The notes under the pieces were generated by a model. That model was given only the letters and a program-made list of their open reading frames with translations. It did no database searches and had not been told where the DNA came from. From an uncultured delta proteobacterium (GTDB lineage: Bacteria; Desulfobacterota; WTBG01), in contig CAWCBP010000001.1 in the NCBI GenBank assembly GCA_963793865.1, positions 928,001 to 992,000 of the forward strand: 64,000 bases of DNA, written 5' to 3'. Below are positions 31,703-41,945 of the stretch, in pieces. Each line of letters begins with the position of its first letter. Position 1 is the stretch's first letter. A program made the position numbers and the translations under genes.

Positions 31703-32698
31703 TTACCCCCCGATGCTGACCATATCCCGGGCACATTTTCTGAAGGAAGGTTCACACAGGGCGTGTTTTTCCGGCTTGGCGGAGAGCGCTGCGTGGAGGA
31801 GGGCCTTTAAAGCATCGTCGTCGCCGCCCTGGCGCAGCATGTATCGCATGTCAAACTCTCTGTCGGAAAAGAGGCAGGGCCTTAATTTGCCGTCGGCAGT
31901 GAGGCGAAGACGATTACAGGAAGCGCAAAAATGGTTGCTGATGGCATTGATGAAGCCGATGACACCACGGCCGCCTTCTATGCGGAAGAGATCCGCCGGT
32001 CCACGCGTCCCCTGGCCTGCCCGGACGAGGCTTTGAAGCTTATACTGCGCATCGATAATATGCTTGATGTGCTCCCCGCTCAGGTAGCTTTCCCGGTTCC
32101 ACCCATTATCGGACCCCACAGGCATGAACTCAATGAAGCGTATGTGATAGTCATGGCTGAGGGTCAGCCGGGCAAAGTCGAGAATCTCGGTGTCGTTAAA
32201 TCCTTTCATGGCTACCACATTCAGTTTAATCGGCTTTAAGCCGACCGCTTCAGCTTTTTCAATTCCCTGTAATACCAGAGACAGGTCCCCGCCCCGGGTG
32301 ATTTCCTTAAAAAGCTGCGGCCGCAATGAATCCATGCTTACGTTGATCCTCATCAGTCCCGCGTCAAAGAGCGGTTGTGCGTACTCTGAAAGCAGGATGC
32401 CGTTGGTGGTGATGGAAAGGTCCTCAATCCCTTTCACCTTTGAGAGCATTCCTATCAAATCCACCACACCTTTTCTTACCAGTGGTTCACCTCCGGTTAT
32501 CCTGACCTTTTGTATCCCCTCCCCTGCCGCCACCGTGACGATGCGGGCTATGTCCTCATAGCTCAAAATGGCGTCGTGCGCAAGCGAAACCACCCCTTCC
32601 GGCGGCATGCAGTAAATACAGCGAAGATTGCAGCGGTCGGTGATGGATATGCGCAAATAATTTATTGTGCGCTTGAAGGGATCAACCAGTTTTGTCAC
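31703..32698 (-). CDS. moaA: GTP 3',8-cyclase MoaA (radical SAM)
   Basis: YLRISITDRCNLRCIYCMP, FCASCNRLRLTADG..PCL, C-terminal SIGG; GTG start 32698 inferred. Confidence 0.97.
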   Translation of the reverse strand: MTKLVDPFKRTINYLRISITDRCNLRCIYCMPPEGVVSLAHDAILSYEDIARIVTVAAGEGIQKVRITGGEPLVRKGVVDLIGMLSKVKGIEDLSITTNGILLSEYAQPLFDAGLMRINVSMDSLRPQLFKEITRGGDLSLVLQGIEKAEAVGLKPIKLNVVAMKGFNDTEILDFARLTLSHDYHIRFIEFMPVGSDNGWNRESYLSGEHIKHIIDAQYKLQSLVRAGQGTRGPADLFRIEGGRGVIGFINAISNHFCASCNRLRLTADGKLRPCLFSDREFDMRYMLRQGGDDDALKALLHAALSAKPEKHALCEPSFRKCARDMVSIGG

Positions 32699-32801
32699 GG
32701 AAGTTGTTCTCTGAAGGTGGTTTATGCCGAAAACGACAACCCCAAAAATACCGCCTTTCATGCGGTCATACCATATTGCATCCCGGGTTCATGCCGGGCA
32801 T

Positions 32802-34088
32802 TCAGTGCTTTATGCGCTGTTCAAGAGCACTGGCGTGTGCATCCAATCCTTCCAGCCGTGCAATCCGTGCTGCCTTCGGCGCCAGTGCAGCCAGTTCGCT
32901 TTTGCTCAGCTCAATAACGCTCATTCGCCTGATAAAATCACTGACCCCTAAAGGAGAAAAGAAACGAGCCGTTCCCGCGGTCGGAAGCACATGGCTTGGT
33001 CCGGCAATATAATCGCCGACCGCAGTTGGTGAAAAGTCGCCCAGAAACACGGCCCCGGCCGCAGTAATACCCGCCAGTATTTCGCGGGGAGCCCTGACCA
33101 TCAATTCAAGGTGCTCGGGCGCAATTCGATTGGCAAGTTCAACCGCGTCACGCATAGATGCCGCATATATCATCACGCCGTTATTTTGGAGGGATTTTGC
33201 CGCAATATCCCGTCTGGCTGACCGGTTGAGCTGGTTGCATACCTCCCGCTCAACGAGGGCCAAAAAGGGCTCGCTGGTTCCAATGATGGCAGCCACGGCA
33301 TCCTCATCGTGCTCTGCCTGGGCGATAAGGTCGGCGGCCGCAAACGCCGGTACAGCGCTGTCATCAGCGATAATCAGAACCTCACTCGGTCCGGCGAGCA
33401 TGTCCAGGCCGACGGCGCCAAAGAGAAAACGCTTGGCGGTTTCAACGTAGCGATTTCCCGGGCCTACTATTTTATCAACCCTGGGTACGCTTTCTGTACC
33501 GTACGCGAGTGCCGCTATGGCCTGGGCGCCTCCCACGCGATAGATTCTGCTCACTCCCCCGATGCGTGCGGCAGCCAGCACCTGCGGGGAATGCCCCGGT
33601 GAAACCATGACAATCTCTTCAACTCCTGCCACGCGGGCCGGTATCGCCGTCATCAACACCGATGACGGGTAGGAGGCCTTGCCTCCCGGAACATACAGCC
33701 CAACCCGCCGCAGCGGCCGAAACACCTCTGACACGGATTCATTATCCGGGCTGTTTTCCCATGAGCACTGCTGATACTGGCGGCGATGGTATGTCTCTAT
33801 CCTCTCCGCCGCCAGGGAAAGAGCCTCGCGATCTTCCGAAGGGATGGATGCATACGCGACTTCCATGTCCTCCCGGGGCAGGCCCACCGAGTGTTTGTCC
33901 AAACTGATTCGGTCAAATTGTTTTGTGTACGCAAAAAGGGCTTCATCCCCCCGCTCCTTCACCTCCCGGAGAATGGCGAGGACAACCGATTCAATTTCAG
34001 CGGCCGATGCTTCTTTTTCAACGACCGCCTGCCGGAAGCGCGTTTCAAAATCGGCATCCGTTGTTCTGAGTTTCTTCAATGTCACCAT
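32802..34088 (-). CDS. hisD: histidinol dehydrogenase
   Basis: GLYVPGG, GGAQAIAALAYGT, AGPSE, QAEHD, APEHLE. Confidence 0.97.
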   Translation of the reverse strand: MVTLKKLRTTDADFETRFRQAVVEKEASAAEIESVVLAILREVKERGDEALFAYTKQFDRISLDKHSVGLPREDMEVAYASIPSEDREALSLAAERIETYHRRQYQQCSWENSPDNESVSEVFRPLRRVGLYVPGGKASYPSSVLMTAIPARVAGVEEIVMVSPGHSPQVLAAARIGGVSRIYRVGGAQAIAALAYGTESVPRVDKIVGPGNRYVETAKRFLFGAVGLDMLAGPSEVLIIADDSAVPAFAAADLIAQAEHDEDAVAAIIGTSEPFLALVEREVCNQLNRSARRDIAAKSLQNNGVMIYAASMRDAVELANRIAPEHLELMVRAPREILAGITAAGAVFLGDFSPTAVGDYIAGPSHVLPTAGTARFFSPLGVSDFIRRMSVIELSKSELAALAPKAARIARLEGLDAHASALEQRIKH

Positions 34089-34097
34089 GGATGGATC

Positions 34098-35351
34098 CTA
34101 GTCAACTACCGTTCTCACATCGGCCCCAAGCCGCTTCAATTTTTCCTCAACATTTTCATATCCGCGTTCCAGATGGTAAATCCTGCTGATTTCCGTCACT
34201 CCGTCGGCAACCAGCCCGGCAAGGACCAGTGATGCGCTTGCCCGCAAATCGGTTGCCATGACCGGCGCCCCCGACAATTTTTTTACACCGGTAACAAGAG
34301 CGCTGTTGCCGTCAAGGCGGATGCGTGCTCCCATCCTTTTCAGTTCCCCCACATGCATAAACCGGTCTTCAAAAATTGTCTCAGAAATGATGCTGGTACC
34401 GTCTGCCAGACACAGCAAGGCCATCATCTGTGCCTGGAGATCGGTCGGAAACCCCGGATAGGGCAGCGTTCTCACCTCTGTGCCTTTGAGCGGGCGCTTC
34501 CAGCAGACGCGTATGGTGCTGCCCTCCGTGCTGATATGCAGACCAATTTCCTTGAGCTTTTCCAGCACGGCCTGAAAATGGCCGGGATTACAGTTGTTCA
34601 GGGTAACATCTCCACGGGTTATTCCGGCAGCAATCATGTAGGTGCAGGCCTCAATGCGATCCGGCATTATGGTGTGCTCAACCTGGTGAAGCGCCGGAAC
34701 ACCCTCGATGGTGATCACATCCGTACCGGATCCTTCGATGCGGGCCCCCATTTTAATCAAAACCGATGCCAATTCCTCAACTTCAGGCTCCTTGGCCGCA
34801 TTCTCCAAAACGGTTGTTCCTTCAGCCAGGGCGGCGGCCATCATGACATTTTCAGTGCCGGTAACGGTTGAAATATCGAAATATATCTTTGTGCCTTTGA
34901 GCCTTGAGCAGTCAGCCACAATATATCCGCCGTTGAGCTCGATGTGTGCGCCCATGGCCGTCAGGGCTTTTAAATGCAGATCCACCGGTCTGGGGCCGAT
35001 GGCGCATCCGCCGGGCAGAGAAACGCATGCCTTCCCCATTCTGGCAAGCAGCGGTCCCAACACCAGAATAGATGCCCTCATTGTCTTTACCAGTTCATAG
35101 GGAGCGCGATGGGCACGGAGATTCGATGCGTCAACGCGCACCTCACCCTTGGCGCTGCTGACATCGGCACCAAATTCGGAGAGGAGACGTACAATGGTGG
35201 TTATATCCCGGAGGTCAGGGACATTTGCGTAGACCGAGCATCCGTCTGCCAGCAGCGATGAGGCAATAATAGGCAGGGCCGCGTTTTTGGCGCCGCTGAC
35301 ACTGATTTCCCCGCGCAGGGTGTTGCCTCCTTTTATCATTAATTTTTTCAT
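34098..35351 (-). CDS. murA: UDP-N-acetylglucosamine 1-carboxyvinyltransferase
   Basis: [36 protein letters not shown]. Confidence 0.98.
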   Translation of the reverse strand: MKKLMIKGGNTLRGEISVSGAKNAALPIIASSLLADGCSVYANVPDLRDITTIVRLLSEFGADVSSAKGEVRVDASNLRAHRAPYELVKTMRASILVLGPLLARMGKACVSLPGGCAIGPRPVDLHLKALTAMGAHIELNGGYIVADCSRLKGTKIYFDISTVTGTENVMMAAALAEGTTVLENAAKEPEVEELASVLIKMGARIEGSGTDVITIEGVPALHQVEHTIMPDRIEACTYMIAAGITRGDVTLNNCNPGHFQAVLEKLKEIGLHISTEGSTIRVCWKRPLKGTEVRTLPYPGFPTDLQAQMMALLCLADGTSIISETIFEDRFMHVGELKRMGARIRLDGNSALVTGVKKLSGAPVMATDLRASASLVLAGLVADGVTEISRIYHLERGYENVEEKLKRLGADVRTVVD

Positions 35352-35480
35352 TTTCTATCAGCCCAGCGTACCTGCAGGTATGAGAACTGCACGGCACAAA
35401 TCCTATCAGAACAGCCGTAATAAATCAAAGCAATTAAGTTTTAATATCAAAGCATTAGGCGTGTCATTTCAAACAGATAT

Positions 35481-36383
35481 TTAACGTTTTTTTGCCTTGA
35501 TAACCCTGGTGATTCCGCCCAAATCCACCTCTTTGGAAACGGGCTCGAAAAGTGCGCTCCGGGCTATAAGTTTTGCTACGCTCACATCCTGCCCACGGCC
35601 GACTTCAAACAGTAAATATCCCCCCTCCCTGAGCATCCTGCCGGCAGCAGGGATTATATCCCTGTAGAATGACAGACCATCGGGACCTGCCCGCAATGCC
35701 CCTTCGGGCTCATATTCTCTGATTTCAGGCTGCGCCTCATTCCACTCCTGATCTGTAAGATAGGGGGGGTTGGAAAGTATGCAATCAAAGTGGTCCGACT
35801 GTTCATGCATTACAAACGATGTAAGCTTATCTGCCACCAGGAAGCATATCTTATGATCAACCCCGTTCAAACGGGCGTTGGTACGGGCAAGCTCAACGAT
35901 CCGCACCGTACAATCGCTGGCCGTAACCCTGATGCCGTCGATTTCCTTGGCCAGGCTCACCGCTATAACGCCGCTTCCGGTGCCCACATCTGCAATCCTC
36001 GGGCAATCATTCTCTCTCCTGAGATCGCCGTACAGGGTCATTACCGTGTCAACCATGGTTTCTGTTTCCGGCCGGGGTATCAGGACATACGGTGAAATTT
36101 TGAAAGGAAGAGAACGAAATTCCTTCATGCCGGTTATATACGCCACCGGCTCGTGCCGTGCCCGTCTGGCAATGGCCTGTCGGAACCTTTCGCGGCAGTC
36201 ACTCTCAAGGGCACCTGCCGCATCCCGGTAGAGCGTCACGCGGTCCGCGTTCATGATATGGGCGAGAAGGACTTCCGCGTCAAGGCGGGGACTTTCTATT
36301 CCCGTATGCCTGAGTTCACCCACCGCCCATTGGAGCGCATGCGAGATGGAGGATAATGGGTCATTCACCGATAGGGTCCGCAC
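35481..36383 (-). CDS. prmC: release factor glutamine methyltransferase
   Basis: VLIPRPETE, DVGTGSG, SNPPY; follows prfA. Confidence 0.95.
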   Translation of the reverse strand: MRTLSVNDPLSSISHALQWAVGELRHTGIESPRLDAEVLLAHIMNADRVTLYRDAAGALESDCRERFRQAIARRARHEPVAYITGMKEFRSLPFKISPYVLIPRPETETMVDTVMTLYGDLRRENDCPRIADVGTGSGVIAVSLAKEIDGIRVTASDCTVRIVELARTNARLNGVDHKICFLVADKLTSFVMHEQSDHFDCILSNPPYLTDQEWNEAQPEIREYEPEGALRAGPDGLSFYRDIIPAAGRMLREGGYLLFEVGRGQDVSVAKLIARSALFEPVSKEVDLGGITRVIKAKKR

Positions 36384-36511
36384 CGAATGAGAATTATTGT
36401 CCCGTCATGATCTCAGCCGGTACCGACTGATGCGCGATGGCGATTCGCATGATGGGATTATATATGCGCTGCGGCGGAAAACCGGCATACGGCAGGGAGG
36501 GAAAGCAGACG

Positions 36512-37588
36512 TTACTGGGAAAGGATGTCCGATGATTGCAGTGACTCGGTCTGGAAGTGAGTGGTGATCTGATCAATGATCGTGTCAAGATCTCCCTCCA
36601 GCACACATTCCAGATTGTGCAGGGTAACGCCGATGCGGTGATCTGTAACCCTTCCCTGGGGGTAATTATAGGTGCGGATGCGCTCGCTCCTGTCCCCGCT
36701 TCCCACCTGGCTTTTTCTCTCCTGCGAAATCTCGGACTGCTGCTCCTGCACGGCCCTGTCCAGCAGACGCGCCCTGAGAATCTTGAGCGCCTTGGCCTTG
36801 TTTTTAAACTGCGATTTTTCATCCTGGCAGCTGACCACCAGTCCCGTGGGCAGATGAGTCATTCGTACCGCCGAGTCCGTCTTGTTGACGTGCTGTCCGC
36901 CCGGACCTGATGACCTGAAAACGTCAATCTTGAGATCATTGCTGTCAATTTCAATTTCAACCTCCTCCGCTTCGGGTAAAACCGCCACGGTAACGGCAGA
37001 GGTGTGGATCCTGCCCTGCGATTCCGTCGCCGGAACGCGCTGCACCCGGTGCACGCCGCTTTCGTACTTGAGCCTGCTGTACACCTGCCTGCCCTCAATT
37101 AAGGCAATCATTTCCTTGAATCCGCCGAGACCGGTCACATTTTCACTCAGTATTTCAACCCGCCAGCGCTGCTTTTCAGCGTACTTGGCATACATCCTGA
37201 AAAGATCGGCCGCAAAAATAGCTGCCTCTTCCCCTCCGGTCCCCGCCCTGATTTCCAGAATTATGTTCTTTTCATCCCTGGTATCTTTCGGAACCAGGAG
37301 CGTTGTAAGACGCTGCTCCAGAGTTCCTTTTTCCTCCCGCAACAGATGGGCTTCGGCCTTTGCCATCTGCCGCATATCTTCGTCGCGTTCAAGTGCCAAT
37401 TGCTCGCTTTCTTCAAGTTCAGCGCACACCTTCTTATACCTGCGATAGGTGTCGAGCAGTTCGGCGAGGTCGGAACGCTCCTTGGCATACTGCTGAAAGC
37501 GCTTCTGGTCATTAATGACTTCGGCAGTACTCAGAAGCGTGTCCAGATGCATGCAGCGTGTTTCAATGTATTCCAGTTTTTCAAGCAT
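36512..37588 (-). CDS. prfA: peptide chain release factor 1
   Basis: [12 protein letters not shown] (PxT motif), [17 protein letters not shown]. Confidence 0.98.
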   Translation of the reverse strand: MLEKLEYIETRCMHLDTLLSTAEVINDQKRFQQYAKERSDLAELLDTYRRYKKVCAELEESEQLALERDEDMRQMAKAEAHLLREEKGTLEQRLTTLLVPKDTRDEKNIILEIRAGTGGEEAAIFAADLFRMYAKYAEKQRWRVEILSENVTGLGGFKEMIALIEGRQVYSRLKYESGVHRVQRVPATESQGRIHTSAVTVAVLPEAEEVEIEIDSNDLKIDVFRSSGPGGQHVNKTDSAVRMTHLPTGLVVSCQDEKSQFKNKAKALKILRARLLDRAVQEQQSEISQERKSQVGSGDRSERIRTYNYPQGRVTDHRIGVTLHNLECVLEGDLDTIIDQITTHFQTESLQSSDILSQ

Positions 37589-37653
37589 GGGGCATCACAC
37601 GAAGAAAATTTGTTACCGGCCGGTATTCGATGAGAGCCATGCGGACCCCGACG

Positions 37654-37863
37654 CTATTTGACATCCTTTTTTGCATACCGTCGCTGGAACTTTTCAACCC
37701 TGCCTGCAGAATCAACCAGCTTCTGCTTGCCGGTAAAAAAACCGTGACACTTGGAGCATACTTCCACCTGGATGTCCTTTTTGGTGGAACGGGTTTCGAT
37801 GGTACTGCCGCAGGCGCATTTAATAACCGCCTCGGCATATGCAGGATGAATTCCCTTCTTCAT
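37654..37863 (-). CDS. rpmE: 50S ribosomal protein L31 (zinc-binding type)
   Basis: [30 protein letters not shown]. Confidence 0.96.
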   Translation of the reverse strand: MKKGIHPAYAEAVIKCACGSTIETRSTKKDIQVEVCSKCHGFFTGKQKLVDSAGRVEKFQRRYAKKDVK

Positions 37864-37908
37864 TGCTCCTCCCTGTGTGATAGATGATGGATGGTTACCG
37901 GTTGAAGC

Positions 37909-39156
37909 TCATTTGCTCATCGAGGCAAGAAAATCCAGGTTGTTTTTGGTATCCTTTATTTTCTCCAGCAGGAATTCCATGGCATCAATGGTGCTGAGCG
38001 GCTGAAGAACTTTCCTCAATATCCAGATCCGGTTGATATCGTCGGGATTCAGGAGCAGCTCTTCCTTGCGTGTCCCCGAGCGGTTAAAGTCAATGGCGGG
38101 GAAGACCCTTCGGTCGCTCAGCTTTCTGTCCAGGTACAGCTCCATATTTCCCGTTCCCTTAAACTCTTCAAAAATAACCTCATCCATTCTGCTTCCCGTG
38201 TCAATCAGCGCCGTGGCGACAATGGTGAGGCTTCCGCCGTCCTCCATTTTGCGGGCGGCGCCAAAAAAGCGCTTGGGGCGATGCAGGGCATTGGAATCAA
38301 CGCCGCCCGAGAGCACCTTGCCGCTGGGCGGGACCACGGTATTGTAAGCACGGGCAAGCCTGGTTATGCTGTCGAGCAGAATGACCACGTCTTTTTTGTG
38401 TTCAACCAGCCGCTTTGCCTTTTCGATTACCATCTCCGCCACCTGGACATGCCTCTGCGCCGGCTCGTCAAAGGTTGAGCTGATGACCTCACCCTTTACG
38501 GAACGCTGCATGTCGGTAACCTCTTCGGGACGTTCGTCAATGAGCAGGACGATGAGTATGACCTCGGGATGATTATTGGTGATGCTGTTGGCTATGGCTT
38601 GCAGGAGAATTGTTTTTCCGGCGCGCGGCGGCGATACGATCAGTCCGCGCTGCCCTTTGCCGATCGGGGTCATCAGATCCATGATGCGGGCGGAGAGGAC
38701 GTCCGGGGTTGTCTCAAGCACAAATTTTTCCTGCGGATACAGGGGCGTGAGATTGTCAAAGAGTATCTTATTCCTCGCCTCTTCGGGATCCTCAAAGTTC
38801 ACCGACTCAACTTTCAGCAACGCAAAATAACGCTCGGATTCCTTCGGGGGACGAATTTGACCTGAAACCGTATCACCGGTGCGGAGGTTGAATCGCCGTA
38901 TCTGGGACGGGGATATGTAAATATCGTCGGGCCCCGGCAGATAATTATAATCGGGGGCCCTTAAAAAGCCAAAACCGTCGGGTAATATTTCGAGCACCCC
39001 CTCTCCATAAATCTGACCGTTCTTTTCCAGTTCAGCCTGCAGCAGGGCAAAAATGAGATCCTGTTTGCGCATGCCGCTTGCACCTTCTATGCTCAAGTCG
39101 TTGGCGAGGGTTATCAATTCGTTAATCCGCTTCTCTTTTAAATCCTTCAAATTCAT
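37909..39156 (-). CDS. rho: transcription termination factor Rho
   Basis: [31 protein letters not shown]. Confidence 0.98.
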   Translation of the reverse strand: MNLKDLKEKRINELITLANDLSIEGASGMRKQDLIFALLQAELEKNGQIYGEGVLEILPDGFGFLRAPDYNYLPGPDDIYISPSQIRRFNLRTGDTVSGQIRPPKESERYFALLKVESVNFEDPEEARNKILFDNLTPLYPQEKFVLETTPDVLSARIMDLMTPIGKGQRGLIVSPPRAGKTILLQAIANSITNNHPEVILIVLLIDERPEEVTDMQRSVKGEVISSTFDEPAQRHVQVAEMVIEKAKRLVEHKKDVVILLDSITRLARAYNTVVPPSGKVLSGGVDSNALHRPKRFFGAARKMEDGGSLTIVATALIDTGSRMDEVIFEEFKGTGNMELYLDRKLSDRRVFPAIDFNRSGTRKEELLLNPDDINRIWILRKVLQPLSTIDAMEFLLEKIKDTKNNLDFLASMSK

Positions 39157-39576
39157 CTGTTTTTCTCCTTAGGGATAATATTTAAACAGTGCCTGATGCC
39201 ATCGTGTTCCGAAATAAAAACGCAGGTGATCACTGCCGCCTGTAGCGCTTCCGGCACAAAACCGTCAACCCGCTTTCTTTGGAGCGTATCCGCTAATAAA
39301 AAACCGGGTCTGGTATTGGGGAGGAAGTTCATTCCTGTGACGCGCACGAAGGGGATTTGGGAGCTTATGAGCGATTTTCCCTGGCTATGGTGTTAGAAGC
39401 CTTGCGGGGCAATGGGGTATACTATTGCATGTAGTATGAATTATGATTTCCGAGTCACGATGATGATATCTGCAAGATTCGTATATAGGATTTACCCGGG
39501 GGCGGTACAGGAAAAGGTATAAACTTTTATCCTCTGGGAATTAACGCCGGAAGGTCCAGTACCTTATTGATGCTTA

Positions 39577-39604
39577 ACCATATCACAGGGAATAATTCTG
39601 TCAA
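39577..39604 (-). promoter_or_regulatory. putative rho promoter
   Basis: Minus strand TTGACA, 16 nt spacer, TATGGT with TG extension, about 420 nt upstream of rho. Confidence 0.5.
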
Positions 39605-39665
39605 GCATTTTTTACGGGCCTGACACGCTAACTTCAGATCATCCTTGTTCACCGTTTGCATGCAA

Positions 39666-40274
39666 TTAAGTCGATGCCAACGCGCACAGCAGCTTAAAAA
39701 GCATTCGCGTCTGCCTCCTGGTCTGTGCCAGCGATCCCTGATTGCTGATGACATAGTCCGCCACGTGCATCTTTGGTGCTAAAGGCAATTGGGAACGCAG
39801 ACGTCTTTGAGCCGCCGTCAATGAGCAGCGGTCCCTGCGCATGAGCCTGGCAAGCTGAACATGTTCATCAGCTGCAACCACCACCAGCTTGTCGTAATCC
39901 CGGTGCATGCCTGTCTCCACAAGAAGGGCGGCATCAACGATGACCAGGGCGCCGGCATCATCGCGTCCTATATCTGTAATCATCTGCCTGATGCGCTTCT
40001 TGATCGCGGGATGAATGATCCTGTTCAGGCGCATGCGCTTTTCAGGATGGGAAAATATCTGCGATGCCAGTTTTTTGCGGTTAATGCTGAGATCCTTGTT
40101 GAGAATGCCTTTCCCAAAATGAGCGGTTATGCTCTTCCAGCACCGGGTGTGCGGCAGCACCAGCTCTCTGCTCACCATATCGGCATCGATAACCCGGGCG
40201 CCCAGATGCTTCAATATTCCGGCTACGATGCTTTTGCCGCTGGCTATGCCTCCGGTCAGGCCTACGACGAGCAT
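39666..40274 (-). CDS. coaE: dephospho-CoA kinase
   Basis: VGLTGGIASGKS, IDAD, IIHP, LLVE, ADYVISN. Confidence 0.95.
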   Translation of the reverse strand: MLVVGLTGGIASGKSIVAGILKHLGARVIDADMVSRELVLPHTRCWKSITAHFGKGILNKDLSINRKKLASQIFSHPEKRMRLNRIIHPAIKKRIRQMITDIGRDDAGALVIVDAALLVETGMHRDYDKLVVVAADEHVQLARLMRRDRCSLTAAQRRLRSQLPLAPKMHVADYVISNQGSLAQTRRQTRMLFKLLCALAST

Positions 40275-41224
40275 GCGGATTCCCTTAGGATGGTTAGCAG
40301 CGAACGCAGCTCGGGTGGCAGCGGTTGAGTAAATTCGAGATGCTGCCCGGTGAGAGGATGGTCAAAACCCAAAAGACAGGCATGGAGAAAAGGCCTGCTC
40401 AACCGGCTGAGCGCACTCCGGACCACATCATTGCCTATTCGGGCAATGCATTTTTTCCCGCCGTAGACGCTGTCGCCCAGGATGGGATGATGTGCCGCAG
40501 ACATGTGCACTCTGATCTGGTGGGTTCTCCCGGTATGGATGCATACCCTGAGGAGTGAGCAGTCATCGTACTGCTCGATCCGATTCCAGCGGGTGAGAGC
40601 CGCCCTTCCCTTTTTGGCATGGACCGACATTTTCTTTCTGTCAGCCCGGTGCCTTCCAATATCCATCGTCATGCTGCCTGCAGGGCTTTCCATCCGGCCG
40701 AACACCAGGGCCTGATACTCTTTCCTGACCGTGTGATTTTTGAATTGCCGTGACAGATGACAATGGGAGGCGTCATTTTTCGCGACTACCATAAGGCCGG
40801 AGGTATCCTTGTCCAGCCGATGCACTATCCCCGGCCGCTGTACCCCGCCGATTCCCGCCAAGAAATGACAGTGTGAGAGGAGTGCATGAACCATCGTGCC
40901 CGTATAGTGCCCGGCTGCGGGATGAACCACCATCCCGGCCGGTTTATTGACGACAATGACTGCCTCGTCTTCAAAGGTGACATCAAGCGGGATTGGCTCC
41001 GGAGTGAGGGTTGCATGCCGGGGAGGCGGAAGCGTCAGCTCGATAACATCGCCTCCTTTGAGACGGAATGCCGCTTTGACCGGCATCCGGTTCACGGTTA
41101 CATGGTCTGTCTCAATTAATTTTTTTATCTGGGATCGGGTAAGGGATGTCGCCTGTCCTGCTAAAAACAGATCCACTCTCTGTTTAACGGCACGGGCGTC
41201 AACGGTGTATCTGACTGTTTTCAT
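40262..41224 (-). CDS. rluD: RluA/RluD family pseudouridine synthase with S4 domain
   Basis: VNKPAGMVVHP, VHRLDKDTSG, TGRTHQIRVH; ATG 41224 inferred. Confidence 0.9.
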   Translation of the reverse strand: MKTVRYTVDARAVKQRVDLFLAGQATSLTRSQIKKLIETDHVTVNRMPVKAAFRLKGGDVIELTLPPPRHATLTPEPIPLDVTFEDEAVIVVNKPAGMVVHPAAGHYTGTMVHALLSHCHFLAGIGGVQRPGIVHRLDKDTSGLMVVAKNDASHCHLSRQFKNHTVRKEYQALVFGRMESPAGSMTMDIGRHRADRKKMSVHAKKGRAALTRWNRIEQYDDCSLLRVCIHTGRTHQIRVHMSAAHHPILGDSVYGGKKCIARIGNDVVRSALSRLSRPFLHACLLGFDHPLTGQHLEFTQPLPPELRSLLTILRESACSS

Positions 41225-41276
41225 CGAAGCAGTACGCGTCTTCAGAGGATAACCACCAGCGGTTATACAACATCGC

Positions 41277-41879
41277 TTACTCCAGCAACTCCGTATTCCA
41301 GTAGGATGCATCTATAAAATCGAGGAAGGGCCGCCACTCCTTGCACTTTATATCCCGAATGGTAAGCCTGTTAAGCGGCGTCCAGCGGGGCTTGCGGGGA
41401 GTCCTGAGCAGCTTCATGTGCGCCTGCCGCGGCGTTTTGCCTCCCTTATCCCTGTTGCAGGTAAAACAGCAGCAGACAACATTTTCCCACACACTTTTTC
41501 CGCCATAGGAACGGGGAATGACGTGATCAATGCTTAATTCATTTCTGGTAAAGCTCACACCGCAGTACTGGCACATGTTGCCATCGCGCGCAAAAATATT
41601 TGCCCGGGTAAAGCGAACCTGCGTCCGGGGAATGTGATCATACGCCACCAGCATGATTACCCGCGGTATTTTAATAAGCCGGTTGACCAACCCGATGGCA
41701 TCATCCCTCTGTTCAACGGCAAGTTGCGACCAGCTCTCATAGTCAAATGTCTTATACTGACTATCAACTGCCCTGGCCACCCCGCGGTAGAGCATGCAAA
41801 ATGCCTGCTTCACGGTGGTCAAATTGACAGGAAAAAAAGAACGGTTGAGGACAAGAACATTTGAGTAGATCACGACCAT
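41277..41879 (-). CDS. HNH endonuclease (McrA-like)
   Basis: VLVLN start, RDGNMCQYCG, IDHVIPRSYGG..WENVVCCCFTCN..KG. Confidence 0.9.
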   Translation of the reverse strand: MVVIYSNVLVLNRSFFPVNLTTVKQAFCMLYRGVARAVDSQYKTFDYESWSQLAVEQRDDAIGLVNRLIKIPRVIMLVAYDHIPRTQVRFTRANIFARDGNMCQYCGVSFTRNELSIDHVIPRSYGGKSVWENVVCCCFTCNRDKGGKTPRQAHMKLLRTPRKPRWTPLNRLTIRDIKCKEWRPFLDFIDASYWNTELLE

Positions 41880-41945
41880 CTTCCTCCCCGCACAAGGCGG
41901 CAAAGCTCATCTTTGCTCAGGACTTGGTCAGCTCCGCGCCCTCAC

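Noticed and set aside
32699..32801. Moco riboswitch upstream of moaA
   Set aside because: Only short hairpins (for example ACCGC-ATGAAAG-GCGGT-ATTTTT at 32766-32744); no recognisable Moco RNA architecture
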